A stretch of DNA of 64,000 bases from Octopus vulgaris (GCA_951406725.2 OX597821.1:94984001-95048000), one strand, 5' to 3'. Numbered from the stretch's first letter, positions 1-12,790 are shown. Translations and numbers: made by a program. Notes: generated by a model from the sequence alone, not told the origin.

Positions 1-117
1 GAGAAACGAATCGGTTCAACAATGAACCTACGTTACCGAAGAGAAGTTTGTAGACCGAAATTTAAAACAAGACTACGTCCATACAGGTACTATATGGACT
101 ACGTCCATACAGATACT

Positions 118-282
<165 letters not shown>

Positions 283-360
283 GATATACATATAGATATA
301 TAGTCAATAAAACATATATCAGAAAAGAATCACACTCTAAAGAATACACACTCACACACA

Positions 361-403
<43 letters not shown>

Positions 404-422
404 ACACACACACATATTTATA

Positions 423-850
423 GGCACAGGAGTGGCTGTGTGGTAAGAAGCTTGCTTCCAAACCACATGGTTCTGGGTTCAGTACCACCGCGTGGCACCT
501 TGGACAAGTGTCTTCTACTTATACACACACACACACACACACACACACAAATATATATATATATATTATATATATATATGCATATATATGTATGTATGTA
601 CTTATGTATGTATGTATGTATATATATGCATGGATGTATTTGTGTGTATATGTTTGTCTTCACACCATCGCTTGACATACCGATGACGTGTTTAGGTCCC
701 CGTAACTTAGCGGTTCGACAAAATAACAAATAGAATAAATACTAGGCTTACAAAGAATAAGTCCTTGGGTCGATTTGTTAGACTAAAGGCTGTGCTCCAG
801 CATGGCCGCAGTCAAATGACTGAAACAAGTAAAATAAAAAGAATAAAAGA
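423..850 (+). mobile_element. tRNA-derived SINE, family B (head GGCGCAGGAGTGGCTGTGTGGT..., internal microsatellite, tail GACTGAAACAAGTAAAAGA); internally deleted copy
   Basis: A/B-box-like head and 3' part shared with more than 12 other copies in the window. Confidence 0.85.
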
Positions 851-862
851 ATATATATATAT

Positions 863-1284
863 ATAATGTAAAGTATAGAAGCCATCTTATCATGGCTAAC
901 CACATAGGGGAGGGGGTGTTACTGTAGCTTTATAGCCCCAAGAGATCGTCGTCTCTAGCTGGCTTTAGACACCATATCAGTGCCCTTGAAGTATTTGCAA
1001 AGGGAGGCCATCCCTTCCTCGCAAGCCTGAGTGATACGCTCGGACTAGTTTCGGGATTTTTGTCCCTTGTCAACGGGCGGTAACCACCAGGATGTGACGA
1101 AACTGAAGGCTTCCTTGCAAATATATAAGAGTTTTTCGGCCTCCCTTTGCAAATACTTCAAGGGCACTGATATGGTGTCTAAAGCCAGCTAGAGATGACG
1201 ATCTCTTGGGGCTATAAAGCTACAGTAACACCCCCTCCCCTATGTGGTTAGCCATGATAAGATGGCTTCTATACTTTACATTAT
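863..1284. mobile_element. Fold-back element (147-bp arms 863-1009 and 1138-1284, one mismatch), probably Penelope-derived
   Basis: Arms are reverse complements; the spacer holds a hammerhead motif; flanked by (TA)n. Confidence 0.75.
1037..1079 (-). ncRNA. Minimal type I hammerhead ribozyme candidate with U3-A8 core variant
   Basis: Minus strand reads CGCCCG-TTGACAA-GGGA caaaaa TCCC-GAAA-CTAG-TC-CGAGCG: stem I 5/6 bp, stem II 4 bp, palindromic stem III, GUC triplet. Confidence 0.65.
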
Positions 1285-1326
1285 CGAGCGATTACTGTTT
1301 CAATCTCATTCTGAGATTTAATTATG

Positions 1327-1367
<41 letters not shown>

Positions 1368-1674
1368 TATTGTATATAGATAGATACATGCACACACTCA
1401 CACACAGATTGTGTGTGTGTGTGCGTGCGTGTAACTGCCATATTCTATTGGTAAGATCATAATGTGATAAATCACTTCCTTCTTGGAAAATTGCGATTAA
1501 AGAAAGAAAAACGGATTGGCAGGAAAGCCAGGCGATCCGACGGAAATGCTTTGCCTGTAGAATAAGGAATTAAGATATTTATGTTGAGAAGATCTATAAA
1601 TATATACACGAATGCGCGCGCGTCGGCATACATACATGCTTATATACACAAATATATATATATTTTTTTTTATC

Positions 1675-2060
1675 TTTTACTTGTTTCAGTCATTACACTG
1701 CAGTTATGCTGTGGCACCACCTCGAAGAATTTTAGTCGAACGAGTCGACCCCAGTACTTTAAGCCTGGTACTTATTCTATAGATATATTTTGCCGAACCG
1801 CTAATTTAGGGGACGTAAACACACCAACACCGGTTGTCAAGCGAGCGAGGTGACAAACACAAACACAAACATACACAGACACACACTCACACATACATAC
1901 ATATATATACATGCATATGTATATATACACATACACAATAGGCTTCTTTCAGTTTCCATCTGGCACGTCCACTTACAAGGCCGAGGTTATAGTAGAAGAC
2001 ACTTGTCCAAGTTGTCACGTAGTGGAGACTGAATGCGGTACCATGTGGCTGGGAAGCACA
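1675..2060 (-). mobile_element. SINE family B, diverged copy
   Basis: Reverse-complement similarity to 16665-17070. Confidence 0.85.
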
Positions 2061-2063
2061 TGG

Positions 2064-2117
<54 letters not shown>

Positions 2118-2451
2118 AGTATGTGTGTGTGTGAATATGTGTGTGTGTGTGCGTGTTTGTGTGTGTGCGTGTTTGTGTGTGTGTGTATCTTCCATTACCA
2201 ATTAAAAGCAGCGCTAGTGTTGTAAACATTATCGATCGCACATACTCAATATATCCGGCATAGTGCTTTGGGGACGACGTCCTCATAAGGATGGGTGTCA
2301 AAACACCTGAAATTCATACACAGGTCAGACAACTCAACTTGGACCAAATTCAGGTGTGATGGATACCGATATTTCGCCATTTTTGTGACACCTGAATCGA
2401 ACCGGAGATGAATTGAATCGCCTGTCTATGGCTAAATACATAGTGTAAAAC

Positions 2452-2496
2452 CTACTACTACTACTACTACTACTAGTGGTAGTAGTAGTACTAGTG

Positions 2497-2554
<58 letters not shown>
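2452..2554. repeat. (CTA)n/(TAG)n trinucleotide microsatellite
   Basis: Seen directly in the sequence. Confidence 0.9.
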
Positions 2555-2779
2555 AAACATAGTACATTTATCAATCGTGAAATTTGGGGACGTGTGTACT
2601 GCTGTAGCATTATGTACTTTGCACAGCGATATTATCTGATATCCACCAATACAGGAGTTCAGTCTGACAAGCCATAGCTTAACACCGTGCACGTAGTAAG
2701 TTTTTGGGTTAAAGATAAATTTGGCACGCGTTTGTTTCTATATATTGTACATAAACACACTTACACACACACATATATA

Positions 2780-2810
<31 letters not shown>

Positions 2811-2849
2811 GTGTATACATATGTATATATATATGTGTGTGTGTGTGTG

Positions 2850-3046
2850 ACCTCGTGTGTACTGTTGGCGATTTTTTTCCTCTGCCTTCCCTTCTCTGGA
2901 TCTTTCCTTCTCCTATGTTTCCGACGAAGAGCTCCGCTCGAAACGTTGAACCCTCCTTCTTTCCTTCTTTCCTGAGCGTCCAATAATACTATATTTGTTC
3001 CACGTCCTCGCGTTGTTGTGTTTTTTTTGTGCTTTCTTGTTTGGAT

Positions 3047-3050
<4 letters not shown>
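2850..3050 (+). mobile_element. Penelope-type terminal-repeat fragment with degenerate hammerhead (2917-2950)
   Basis: GTTT-CCGACGA-A-GAGC tcc GCTC-GAAAC-GTT-GAAC; ends at a (TA)n tract. Confidence 0.55.
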
Positions 3051-3116
<66 letters not shown>

Positions 3117-3120
<4 letters not shown>

Positions 3121-4035
3121 GTCATCCCATAAATAGTGTACCTTTTCAATTGCATGAACTAAAAGTCGGAGGAGGATGGGATAAACTACCTGCATCAACT
3201 TGCTATAAAAGCAGGTAGTCATTTTATCTTGTCCTTATTCTTACTGCAAATTTTGAAAAGTGCAGTTCAATTTTAACAGTTATTTTTTCAAAGCTATAAT
3301 GGAAGTGACAAAGGAGCATATTCGACATATTTTGCTTTATGAATCCAATAAAGGCAACAACGCAACGGAAAGTGCAAGGAATATTAATGCACTGTATGAG
3401 ATCGGACAATAAGCATAAGCCAGTGTTAACGGTGGTTCCAGGAATTCTGAACCGGAAACTACAGTCTAAAAGACGAGCTCCATCCTGGAAGATCTGTAGG
3501 GCTCTTACGAGGACGTCCTGCAAACCCTGGTGGAACAAAACCCCATCGTAACTGTTGAGGAACTAGAAGAGAAGCTTGGATTTTAGTCAACCATTCATCG
3601 ACACTTGCATGCCATCACAAAAGTCAGCAAATTGGATCAATGGGTTCCTCACAATCTTTCCGAGTTTAATCGCGCGAAGAGTGTGAATGTGTGCTCTTCT
3701 TTGCTGTCACGTCTCACGAATGAACCCTTTTGTGACCGAATTGTGACTGGTGATGTGAAATGGGTTCTCTATAGAAATGTCAAGAGCCGATGACAGTGGG
3801 TAGGAAAAGGAGAAACACTGGTACCCTAAGATAAAGGAGGTCTTCACCCACGTAAGGTGTTGTTATCTGTTTAGTGGGATATGAAAGGTTTAGTCCACTT
3901 TGAAATTTTAAACCCAAACCAAATGATAATAACAAAGATCTACTGCGAGCAGATTGAATGGCTTAAGTCAGTGCTCGAAGAAAAATGAAAAAAACCCATA
4001 TTTGGTTTTAAGACAAAAGGTATTCTTCCATCAGA
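3117..4035 (+). mobile_element. Mariner (DD34D-type) transposon, 3'-truncated, transposase pseudogene from ATG at 3299
   Basis: TA then TIR TTGGGTCATCCCATAAAT; peptides MEVTKEHIRHILLYE, WVPHNLS, IVTGDVKW, LHPRKVLLSV*WD with stops and frameshifts. Confidence 0.9.
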
Positions 4036-4135
4036 ACTTTGGATACAGGAGCTTGAGACAAATGACTTTTTGAGACTGTAGCACGCATTCTTGTTGACTT
4101 AAGGCACGCTGGTAAATGAGTACTATCCGTTCAGA

Positions 4136-4521
4136 GGAGGCGCAATGGCCCAGTGGTTAGGGCAGCGGACTCGCGGTCATAGGATCGCGGTTTCGATTCC
4201 CAGACTGGGCGTTGTGAGTGTTTATTGAGCGAAAACACCTAAAGCTCCACGAGGCTCCGGCAAGGGATGGTGGTGAACCCTGCTGTACTCTTTCACCACA
4301 ACTTTCTCTCACTCTTACTTCCTGTTTCTGTTGTACCTGTATTTCAAAGGGCCGGCCTTGTCACTCTCTGTGTCACGCTGAATATCCCCGAGAATTACGT
4401 TAAGGGTACACGTGTCTGTGGATTGCTCAGCCACTTACACGTTAATTTCACGAGCAGGCTGTTCCGTTGATTCGGCTCAACCGGAACCCTCGTCGTCGTA
4501 ACCGACGGAGTGCTTCCATCC
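4136..4521 (+). mobile_element. tRNA(Arg-like)-derived SINE, family A, full length, 12-bp TSD ACTATCCGTTCA
   Basis: A box TGGCCCAGTGG, B-box-like GGTTTCGATTCC; TSD at 4122-4133 and 4522-4533; near-identical copies at 19968 and 40844. Confidence 0.92.
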
Positions 4522-5190
4522 ACTATCCGTTCATTAGTTGATATGAATTCATTATCAGCTATAGTGGAAATTCAATTCAAGGCATCTTAAACCAAATTCG
4601 CTCTTCTTAGACCGTATTATATTTCATAATTTAGCCATTAAATAGTAGATTTAAGGCAACTATCAACTAGAACAGCCACTGCTTATTCTTTGGTAAGAAG
4701 TTTGAATTCTTGAACTAATCGGTGATGTCACATTTTTTCTATTGATCTAACCTAACTAGAAAAGCTACAATGGTCTGTTTCTTTTCAATATCAATCAAAT
4801 TATGTGAACTGAAGCAAATTGGCTGTTCATTTTACGTTGGGACAGAAGTTATTGACGTTAAAGATACATCAATTTCAAGAATAAAAATGTGAACCAGGTG
4901 TCGGAATAGATAACAAGGCCGCTGCCGTATTGTCTATTTGTTTTCAATCACCTCAAGACATTCGGTTGGTAATGGAAAACGTTGATACTGTTTTACTTCA
5001 AACAAAAGTATGGTAATTTTAGCAAAACTTTTTATCTACATTGAATAATATACGAATGAATCGATCAAGATCCTTGGAATTTCCAAGCGCTGGTAACTCA
5101 AATAGTGGTCGCTATCGATCAGGGTCCACCTGTATCTTGATGTTCCAAAAATAATGATACATAGAAACGGTAAAGTAAACACCATGAATT
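4522..5190 (-). pseudogene. Cadherin-relic segment
   Basis: KITILLFEVKQYQRFPLPTECLEVIENK* and SVPT*NEQPICFSSHNLIDIEKKQ resemble the DxNE-P-F...V-E linkers; in-frame stops. Confidence 0.5.
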
Positions 5191-6003
5191 TACAATTTTT
5201 TACTTTTTCTTTTTTTGTTTTGTTGTTGCTCAAGGGGAAACGATGGCATCTGGTAACATGTCCATGGAAAATCAACTGTGCTAGAATGATTATTTCCGTG
5301 AATTTGGCTTCAACTATCGCCACTGAATGGGATATGGTGGCTGATTGGAAGAATTATTAGTGCACTGGACGATATCTTGCAGTAATCATTCTGTCTCCTA
5401 GAGTTCTGAATTCAAAATCTACCAAAGTTATCATTGCCTTTTATCCTTCCATTGTTGACAAATAACGTACTAGTCAAATGCTTAGAGAAAGAAAGAAATT
5501 ATTTTGCAATTTCGTCTTTTTCTTTCTTTCTTTGTCTCTCTCTCTCCTCTCTCTTTCTTTTTCTGTCTGTCTGTCTCTCTCTCTCTCTCCCTCTTTCTAC
5601 CTCTCTCCCTCGTACTTATTCAAAATCGTGAGAGAGTCCAGAAGATCATTCTGTCCCGTTCTTCAACTGAATGGAGTATGGACTAACCTCTTTTTATCTA
5701 ATATGCAACCAAAAGCTGTCCCAAGGAACACGACGGTCAGATTCACAGACCACGGAATGGTTTCAAATAATGTGTGAACGCATCCATTAAGAGTATAAAC
5801 ACAGTCAACTACTATACATCTTTTAGAATGACGGTAATTTGAGAATGAAGATGTAATTATTCTATCAAGCGGTAATTTATTTACATTATTTACATTCCTC
5901 ATCTTGTTTGTTGTTATACCCTCCAGCCTTCTTCAGGTGTCTTTCGAAATTTCGAACCTGGATTCTCATTCCTAAGATATTTTTCGTCGTCGTCGTCGTT
6001 GTC

Positions 6004-6075
6004 GTCACTGCTTGAAATCGAACTCTGAGTCTTGGGGTTAGTAGCCCGCGCTCTTAACCACTACGCCATGTGCCC
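6004..6075 (-). other. tRNA-like Pol III promoter module inside the Penelope terminal repeat
   Basis: GGGCACATGGCGTAGTGGTTAAGAGCGCGGGCTACTAACCCC...AGTTCGATTTC: A and B boxes, imperfect cloverleaf. Confidence 0.6.
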
Positions 6076-6639
6076 GTGTGTGAAGTGGAGTGAATTTTAG
6101 GGCTTATAAATGTAATATTTTTCTATGCTTCCTTAATACCGGTTCCCATATGCTGCTTATATTTGTACTCAGTTTGCTTAGGAGGTTGTTGTGTCCTAGC
6201 ATGTATGCTGCTTCTTTTAGTTTTCGTATTTTCCAGTGGTGTTGTCTTCTATTATTTTAACTTCATCCCACAGGTGGAGGTGGTCTCCATTTTTGCATAC
6301 ATGATCAGCTATACCCGATTTATCAATATCTCCTCGCGTCACAGCTTTGCGATGTTCGTCTACCCTTATTTTGAGGGGACGGCATATTTCGTCTTTGTAA
6401 ACCTACCACAGCTACACGGGATGGAGTACAAGCAGTCTCTGGTCATATTCTCTTCTATTGGTGGTTTTACTCGAAGAAGATATTTGCGAAGTGTTGTATT
6501 ACTCTTGAATACTGTCCTGATGTCATATGGGCCGCGTATCTTTTGTATCTTTTTGGAGAGGCCTTTCAACTGGTACTTATTTTATCGACCCCAAAAGGAT
6601 GGAGGGCAAAGTGGATCTCAGCAGAATGTGAGTCTAGAA

Positions 6640-6846
6640 CAGGGGTGGGCGAACTTTTTTGATCGCGGGCCGCACAGTGCGTCTTTGGAACCTTAGCGGG
6701 CCTCATTTATAAAAATCAAGTGAAAATATTTTTAAAGGCGGTTATAGACCTATAAACACACAATTGATTGAAAGGAAATTTTGTTAAATATTCCTCTCGA
6801 CGGGCCGCATGAAAACCTATGGCGGGCCGTAGTTTGCCCACCCCTG
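6640..6846. mobile_element. hAT (Charlie-like) MITE, 207 bp, 8-bp TSD GTCTAGAA
   Basis: TIRs CAGGGGTGGGC(G/A)AAC; TSD at 6632-6639 and 6847-6854 fits the NTCTAGAN preference; subterminal CGGGCCG repeats. Confidence 0.9.
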
Positions 6847-7115
6847 GTCTAGAACATAAAACCAGAAGAAATGTCACTGAGCATTTTGTCTGATGCTCCA
6901 ACAGTTCTGACAGCTCACTGCCCAACTAGAAGATAGAATATACAGTGTGGTAAGTTGAACTGTGGTAGAGCAGGATTGCTCAATAGAAATGAACCTATAA
7001 TACTGAGAGACTGTGGACAGTTTATTGGCTTCATCCTTTCTCTTCTTCATAATTGGAGTGGATAGAATACTTTTGGGGTAGTTGTTGCTTAACAGATCGT
7101 TATTGAGCTTGATCA

Positions 7116-7643
7116 TATCTTCGTGGTGTGTTTATTTAGTTCAACTTTAATGAATATGAAGCCTTCAAAAAGCCAATTCTGCATGAAGTAACATATTAGT
7201 ATGGCTTCCACAGAACTTCCTACGCTTGAGTTAATGAATATTTGAATTTCTGAGGATTTGCTAAGTACGCTTTTAAATTTCGGATCAATATATGCAGCAG
7301 ATTCAGTTAAGAGTAGAAGTTTACCTTTATATTCAATCTGGAGGGATTGAAACTGTGATAATGTAAGGAATCCCAAGCTGGCTGGATCAAATATTTCACG
7401 AACAAGAACTTCAGTTAGAAAGTAGCAGTTGTTTATTTCAATGGTTACAATTTTTCTTCTAATTTTGTTAAGTTTCTTTCCCCAATAGATTAAGATATTG
7501 AGATGACCTGGGGCATGATTAACTAGAAAGCCTTTTGCACTGTCTTGGCGAATTAAAAATAATTCAGCATAATTTACAATGCCAAAAGGAAACGTTGTCT
7601 TAGATGTCTGATTTAAAGATATTACTGATACAATTAGTTTTGA
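7116..7643 (-). pseudogene. Cadherin-relic segment; longest stop-free unique frame (176 codons)
   Basis: Manual translation ...TFPFGIVNYAELFLIRQ...LQIEYKGKLLLL...; only weak EC-like patterns. Confidence 0.4.
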
Positions 7644-7694
7644 TCAGACATATTTGAAATGCCTTTGCAAAACGTTTTATCTTCTTACAATTAA

Positions 7695-8175
7695 GGCGCA
7701 GACGTGGCTATGTGGTTAAGAAGCCTGTTTCTCAACCATGTAGTCTTGGGTCCAGTTCCACTGCACGGCACTTTGATCATGCGTTTTCAACTATAGCCGC
7801 TTGTGAGTGAATTTGGTAAACGGAAACTGAAACTCGATGTATGTGTGTGTGTTTGCATGTGTGTATGTGTGTGTGTGTGTGTATTTCCATGTGTGTATGC
7901 ACGTGTGTGTGTGTGTGTATGTGTGTGTGTGCGTGTGTTTGTGTATGTGTATGTCTTTTCATTTATCTCTCATCATCATTTGACTACCGGAGTTGGTTTG
8001 TTTACGTCTCCGTTATATATCGGTTCGGCAATAGAGACCGATAGAAAAAATACCAGGCATAAAACTAAAAGCTGGGGTTGATTTGTTCGACTGTTAACCC
8101 GTGAAAACTGTGCCCCAGCATGTCCGCGGTACAAAGATTTAACAGGTAAAAGATAAAAGTACAAAGAAAAGATAA
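7695..8175 (+). mobile_element. SINE family B, diverged
   Basis: Head GGCGCAGACGTGGCTATGTGG, internal (TG)n, family 3' end. Confidence 0.8.
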
Positions 8176-8588
8176 GACATCTTTTATCAATAGCAAAGCA
8201 TTCTCTACGATCACACAAGATTCATGATCCAAAGTTGAAGCTTCTAATGAATTTGTTTCCCAAAAGTAACAAGTGGATTAAGGCCCTTCGCACTTATATT
8301 TTCCATAACACCAACAATAGACTCTTCCATTCTGACTATATAAGTAATACTGTACATAGAACGTTAGGATTTTCTCAGCTTTATGAGTCAAGGCAAAACT
8401 ATGGCAAACGTCTTTCGATCGGTTTCTCTTTTTAGATCGACACAAAAAGCGTCACTAATGGCTTCTTCTGCAAATCATATAGGAAATTTACAATATTTCA
8501 TATTTGTCTAAGAGATGTGACAAAGTAATTGCTAGGCTATCCAAGCTAATGTTTCAGAGGATAAATCTTTATTCGTTCGCAGAGTATG

Positions 8589-8641
<53 letters not shown>

Positions 8642-8718
8642 ATGTATGTATGCATGTATGTATGTATCTATGTATATATGTATATATATATATATATGCA
8701 TGTAAATATATATATATG

Positions 8719-8754
<36 letters not shown>

Positions 8755-8845
8755 TATGTATGTATATATGTATATATGTATGTATTTATGTATGTATATA
8801 TGTATGTATATATGTGTGTATGTATGTGTGTATGTATGTATTATC

Positions 8846-8890
<45 letters not shown>

Positions 8891-9360
8891 GTTTGTATTT
8901 ATGTATATTGTTGCTCGTAAATTTAGATGCGATGATTTTTTTTCGCACAAATACTAAAGAATGACACATTTCGTTCCTTCCTTTGTTATTTCAGGCCATT
9001 CTATTTCAATGTAGGAAACTGCCTTCCGTATCTGCCATAATTTGTAGAAATAAATCGATTTCATCGCTTTCATTTGACATCCATAAGTTTAAGATATGTT
9101 TCCAACTGCATAATGCATTTAACATCGGTCTCTGCAGAATTATCCTTTCACAAAAGAGTGTTGATTCTTATTGATGTCATAGTTGATTATAAAAACATCT
9201 GAAATGTGAAAATCGTTGATGTCCATAATTTCAAGGAATCATTTCCCAACCAGGAACACATTTCACACTTCAGAAGCTGCCAACTGACGAAATCGTTTCA
9301 TCCACAACATCGTTCTATTACAGGTCAGTTACGCATGTGCAGAGGGTTTTCGTGATTACG
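8175..9360 (-). pseudogene. Cadherin-relic segments split by a TA/TATG microsatellite (8584-8905)
   Basis: FLEIMDINDF, VDLKRET, STLDHES...LIKDV motifs. Confidence 0.55.
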
Positions 9361-9598
9361 CAATTTTGCTGGTAGTAATTAACACAAGACAGTTATAGCA
9401 TATACAATACGGCAGTGCATGTGTGTACATATATTCCCAGATGCATGCATATATATATATATATTTGTGTGTGTGTGTGTATGGATGGATGAATTTATAT
9501 ATGTGTATGTGTGTATGTGTATACATATACACATAATATACACAAATATACACATCTTCAGATATATCTGCATATACATATTCATGTGTGTGTGTGTA

Positions 9599-10598
9599 CA
9601 GGGTACGTAAGATATTTGAGGACAGATTTATGCTTATAAAAATAACAACTTTATTTATCAAAAAATGCTATGAGGATAAAAATAGACCTTCTTTTCTATG
9701 TTATTCAATAAAGCCACTTTCAGCTTCAACAACTGCCTCTATCTGAGATCTAAATCATCTACAGGCTCGAATCAAGTGGTCCTGATTCATTTTGGACATT
9801 ACTCTGACTATAGCAGCTTTCATAGAATCTTTGGTGTTATGGACGTGTTTATTGACCTCCCTATCAACAACGCTGCACATATAGTAGTCCAATAGATTGA
9901 GATCTGGGGAATTAAGAAGCCAAATGTTAAGGGCTATGCGATCATGAAAATGTTCAGCCATTCAGTCCTGTGTTACTAGAACCATGTATGGTTTCTTTTT
10001 TTAACATCTTTCTCTTGATCGAAGTTTTTCTCGTTTGAGAAAGATCAAATCAAATCTCCTTCTACTGGAATTTTGTGTTTGTTTAAGAGCCTTTCAGATC
10101 TGGTGTAGTAATTTTCTTTTGCTTTTTCGGACAAATTGACCTTTCCTCATCATATAAGACTTATATCTGATGTCTTCATGGACAACATTTCTAACTGGTT
10201 CTTCTGACCCATGGAGATCTTTTGTAATTGACTTCATGAACTTTCTGGGATTTTAATCAATGGTCTGTTGAACTTGCTGGATAAATTCGGGTGTTCTGAT
10301 GATTTCAGAGCGTTTAGAAAGCTCTTTATCCTTTGATAATAGTGATACATTTCCATCTTCAGTTTCTAGCTCCTTACAAACTTTGTAGACGAAAGATGTG
10401 ACAACTTTTAAAACTCGAGATATTTCTAAATCGCTATGCTCAGCCTTTATAACCACCACAACAGCATGCCTCTTCATTGCTTGAGTAAGCTGAGGGTCTG
10501 CCATTATTATTTTCTGAAGCAAAGATTATACAGAGTTAGCAAAAAATGCAGCGATGAACCAAAAAAAAGGTATGTCCTCAAATACCTTCCGCACTCTG
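9599..10598 (-). mobile_element. Tc1/mariner-superfamily element (maT/DD37D-like), internally deleted
   Basis: TA-flanked imperfect TIRs CAG(G/A)GT...ATTTGAGGACA; peptides MKRHAVVVVIKAEHSDLEISR and WLLNSPDLNLLDYY. Confidence 0.85.
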
Positions 10599-11249
10599 TA
10601 TATATATTCAGATTTATCTGCACATACATCCACGCATACTTACATGTATATGTATGTGTATGTATGTGTGTGTGTGTGCATGTATATATGTATATGTATG
10701 TATATGTGTGTGTGTGTTTATGGGTATGTGTGCATTTGTTATGTGTCTGTGTTTTTGTATGTGTGTGTGTGCTTGTGTGCGTGCGTGCTTGTATGTATGC
10801 GTGTGTGAATGTTGTGTTGTGAATTCTTACTGGTGAAAAGAAATAACGAGGGTACTGCATACATTGCTCTATTTATCTAGATTCACACGCACACACACAC
10901 ATCGCACACACACACACATACACACACACACGCACACACACACACACACGCACACACACACGCACACACACACATACACATACACACACACGCACCGCAC
11001 ACACATATATAAACGTATACAAGTATGCTGACATAAAATTTCAGATTTATCTCCCTTAATCTTACAAGTTTCAGTTTTTCTTTTGTATTTTGCTTTCATA
11101 ATAATTATGTAGGTCAGAGCGAAACCCAAACAAAGATAAACACATACAGTGGAAAAAATATATAGAAGTTATCTTACACACATACATACATACACACGGA
11201 ACATACATACAAAACACACATAATGCAACGCATACACTCACACAGAAAA

Positions 11250-11394
11250 ATACATAAGACAGTGACAACACACACATACATAGAAACGGCACATGCAAAC
11301 ATGTGCATACATAAAAGCAACATAAACAGATAACATACATATGCACATACACGGTAATAACTCATACACATATACACACACATATATACAGTGG

Positions 11395-11430
<36 letters not shown>

Positions 11431-11790
11431 ACACATACACAGACACATCCACAGTGACAGCACACACTCAGACACATACACAGTGACAGCACACGCACAC
11501 ACATACATACAGTGACTGCACACACATACACACACATACATAGTGATAGCACACACATACATATACAGTGGCTGACACACACACCAACACATACACATAC
11601 ATCCACAGTGACAGCACACACACACACACATGCACAGTGACAGCACACACACACATACATACAGTGACTGCACACACATACACAAACACACATACACACA
11701 TACACACTGACTGCGCGCACATAGCCACACCAACACATACACAGTGACAGAACACACACACATACATATATAGTGACAGAACACACACGC
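11250..11790. repeat. Irregular minisatellite: ACAGTGACAGC core alternating with (CA)n/(CATA)n spacers
   Basis: More than a dozen recurrences of ACAGTG(A/G)C(A/T)G. Confidence 0.8.
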
Positions 11791-11935
11791 TCACATATGC
11801 ACAGACACGCTCACACATGCACACACACACACACACACGAAAAACCCACGTATATAGAAAATTACATAATACTATATATACAATATACACATAAACAGTC
11901 ACACAGCAGGTACAAACATAGACATACGATACAGT

Positions 11936-12139
11936 CACATACATACATACATACATACATACATACATACATACATACATACATACATACATACACACAT
12001 AATACATACATACATAATACATACATACATACATACATACATACATACATACATACATACATACACACATAATACATACATACATAATACATACATACAT
12101 ACATACATACATACATACATACATACATACATACATACA

Positions 12140-12193
<54 letters not shown>

Positions 12194-12230
12194 TAGACAG
12201 AGACAGAGAGAGAGTGAGAGAGACAGAGAG
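11936..12230. repeat. (CATA)n then (GA)n microsatellite
   Basis: Seen directly in the sequence. Confidence 0.95.
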
Positions 12231-12579
12231 AAGATATGAGGAGTTTAGGTCAAGGTGTGTGCATGTAGATATATATGTATATGTATGCGTGTGTATATAT
12301 ATATATATATATATATACTTACACATACATGAATAAACACACACACATGAATACACATACACTCACATACGTAGACACACGTACATATATACACATACAT
12401 ATGTGCAAACACAATGCATACAGACACATATACATACATGCATACATACATAGTTCTCATAAGCCACCCTAAATACCTCCAACACCCTCGTCTCACAATG
12501 CCCCACACCATCCAACACTACCCAACACCGCCGCCCGCCCGTCCAAACCCCGTCTCCACTCCCTTCTCCCTTATTTGAA

Positions 12580-12755
12580 AACAACAACAACAAAAAACAA
12601 TAATAAAAGCAGACAGAACGTAATGACTGGCTTTTCTTTGTGTCTCCTTAATCTTCTACTCCACTCGCATATTTATAATCTGGCTGGGTTCAAACAACAA
12701 CAACAACAACAACAACAAAAACAAAAACAATAGCAGCATTACAAGCAGCAACAAG

Positions 12756-12790
<35 letters not shown>

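Larger units (their letters stand above)
5870..7130 (-). mobile_element. Penelope-like retroelement 3' fragment (GIY-YIG endonuclease region plus terminal repeat)
   Basis: Peptides LLSNNYPKSI, YDIRTVFKSNTTLRKYL, LYSIPCSCG, RPLKIRVDEHRK, SGIADHV, WDEVKII, RKLKEAAYM; interrupted by a SINE and a MITE. Confidence 0.88.

Noticed and set aside
4136-4210. Functional tRNA genes in SINE heads (also 6004, 26641 and others)
   Set aside because: A/B boxes are present but acceptor and anticodon stems do not pair, and they continue into SINE bodies
6163-6696. 177-aa hydrophobic ORF on the plus strand
   Set aside because: Antisense of the Penelope GIY-YIG region running into a SINE and MITE
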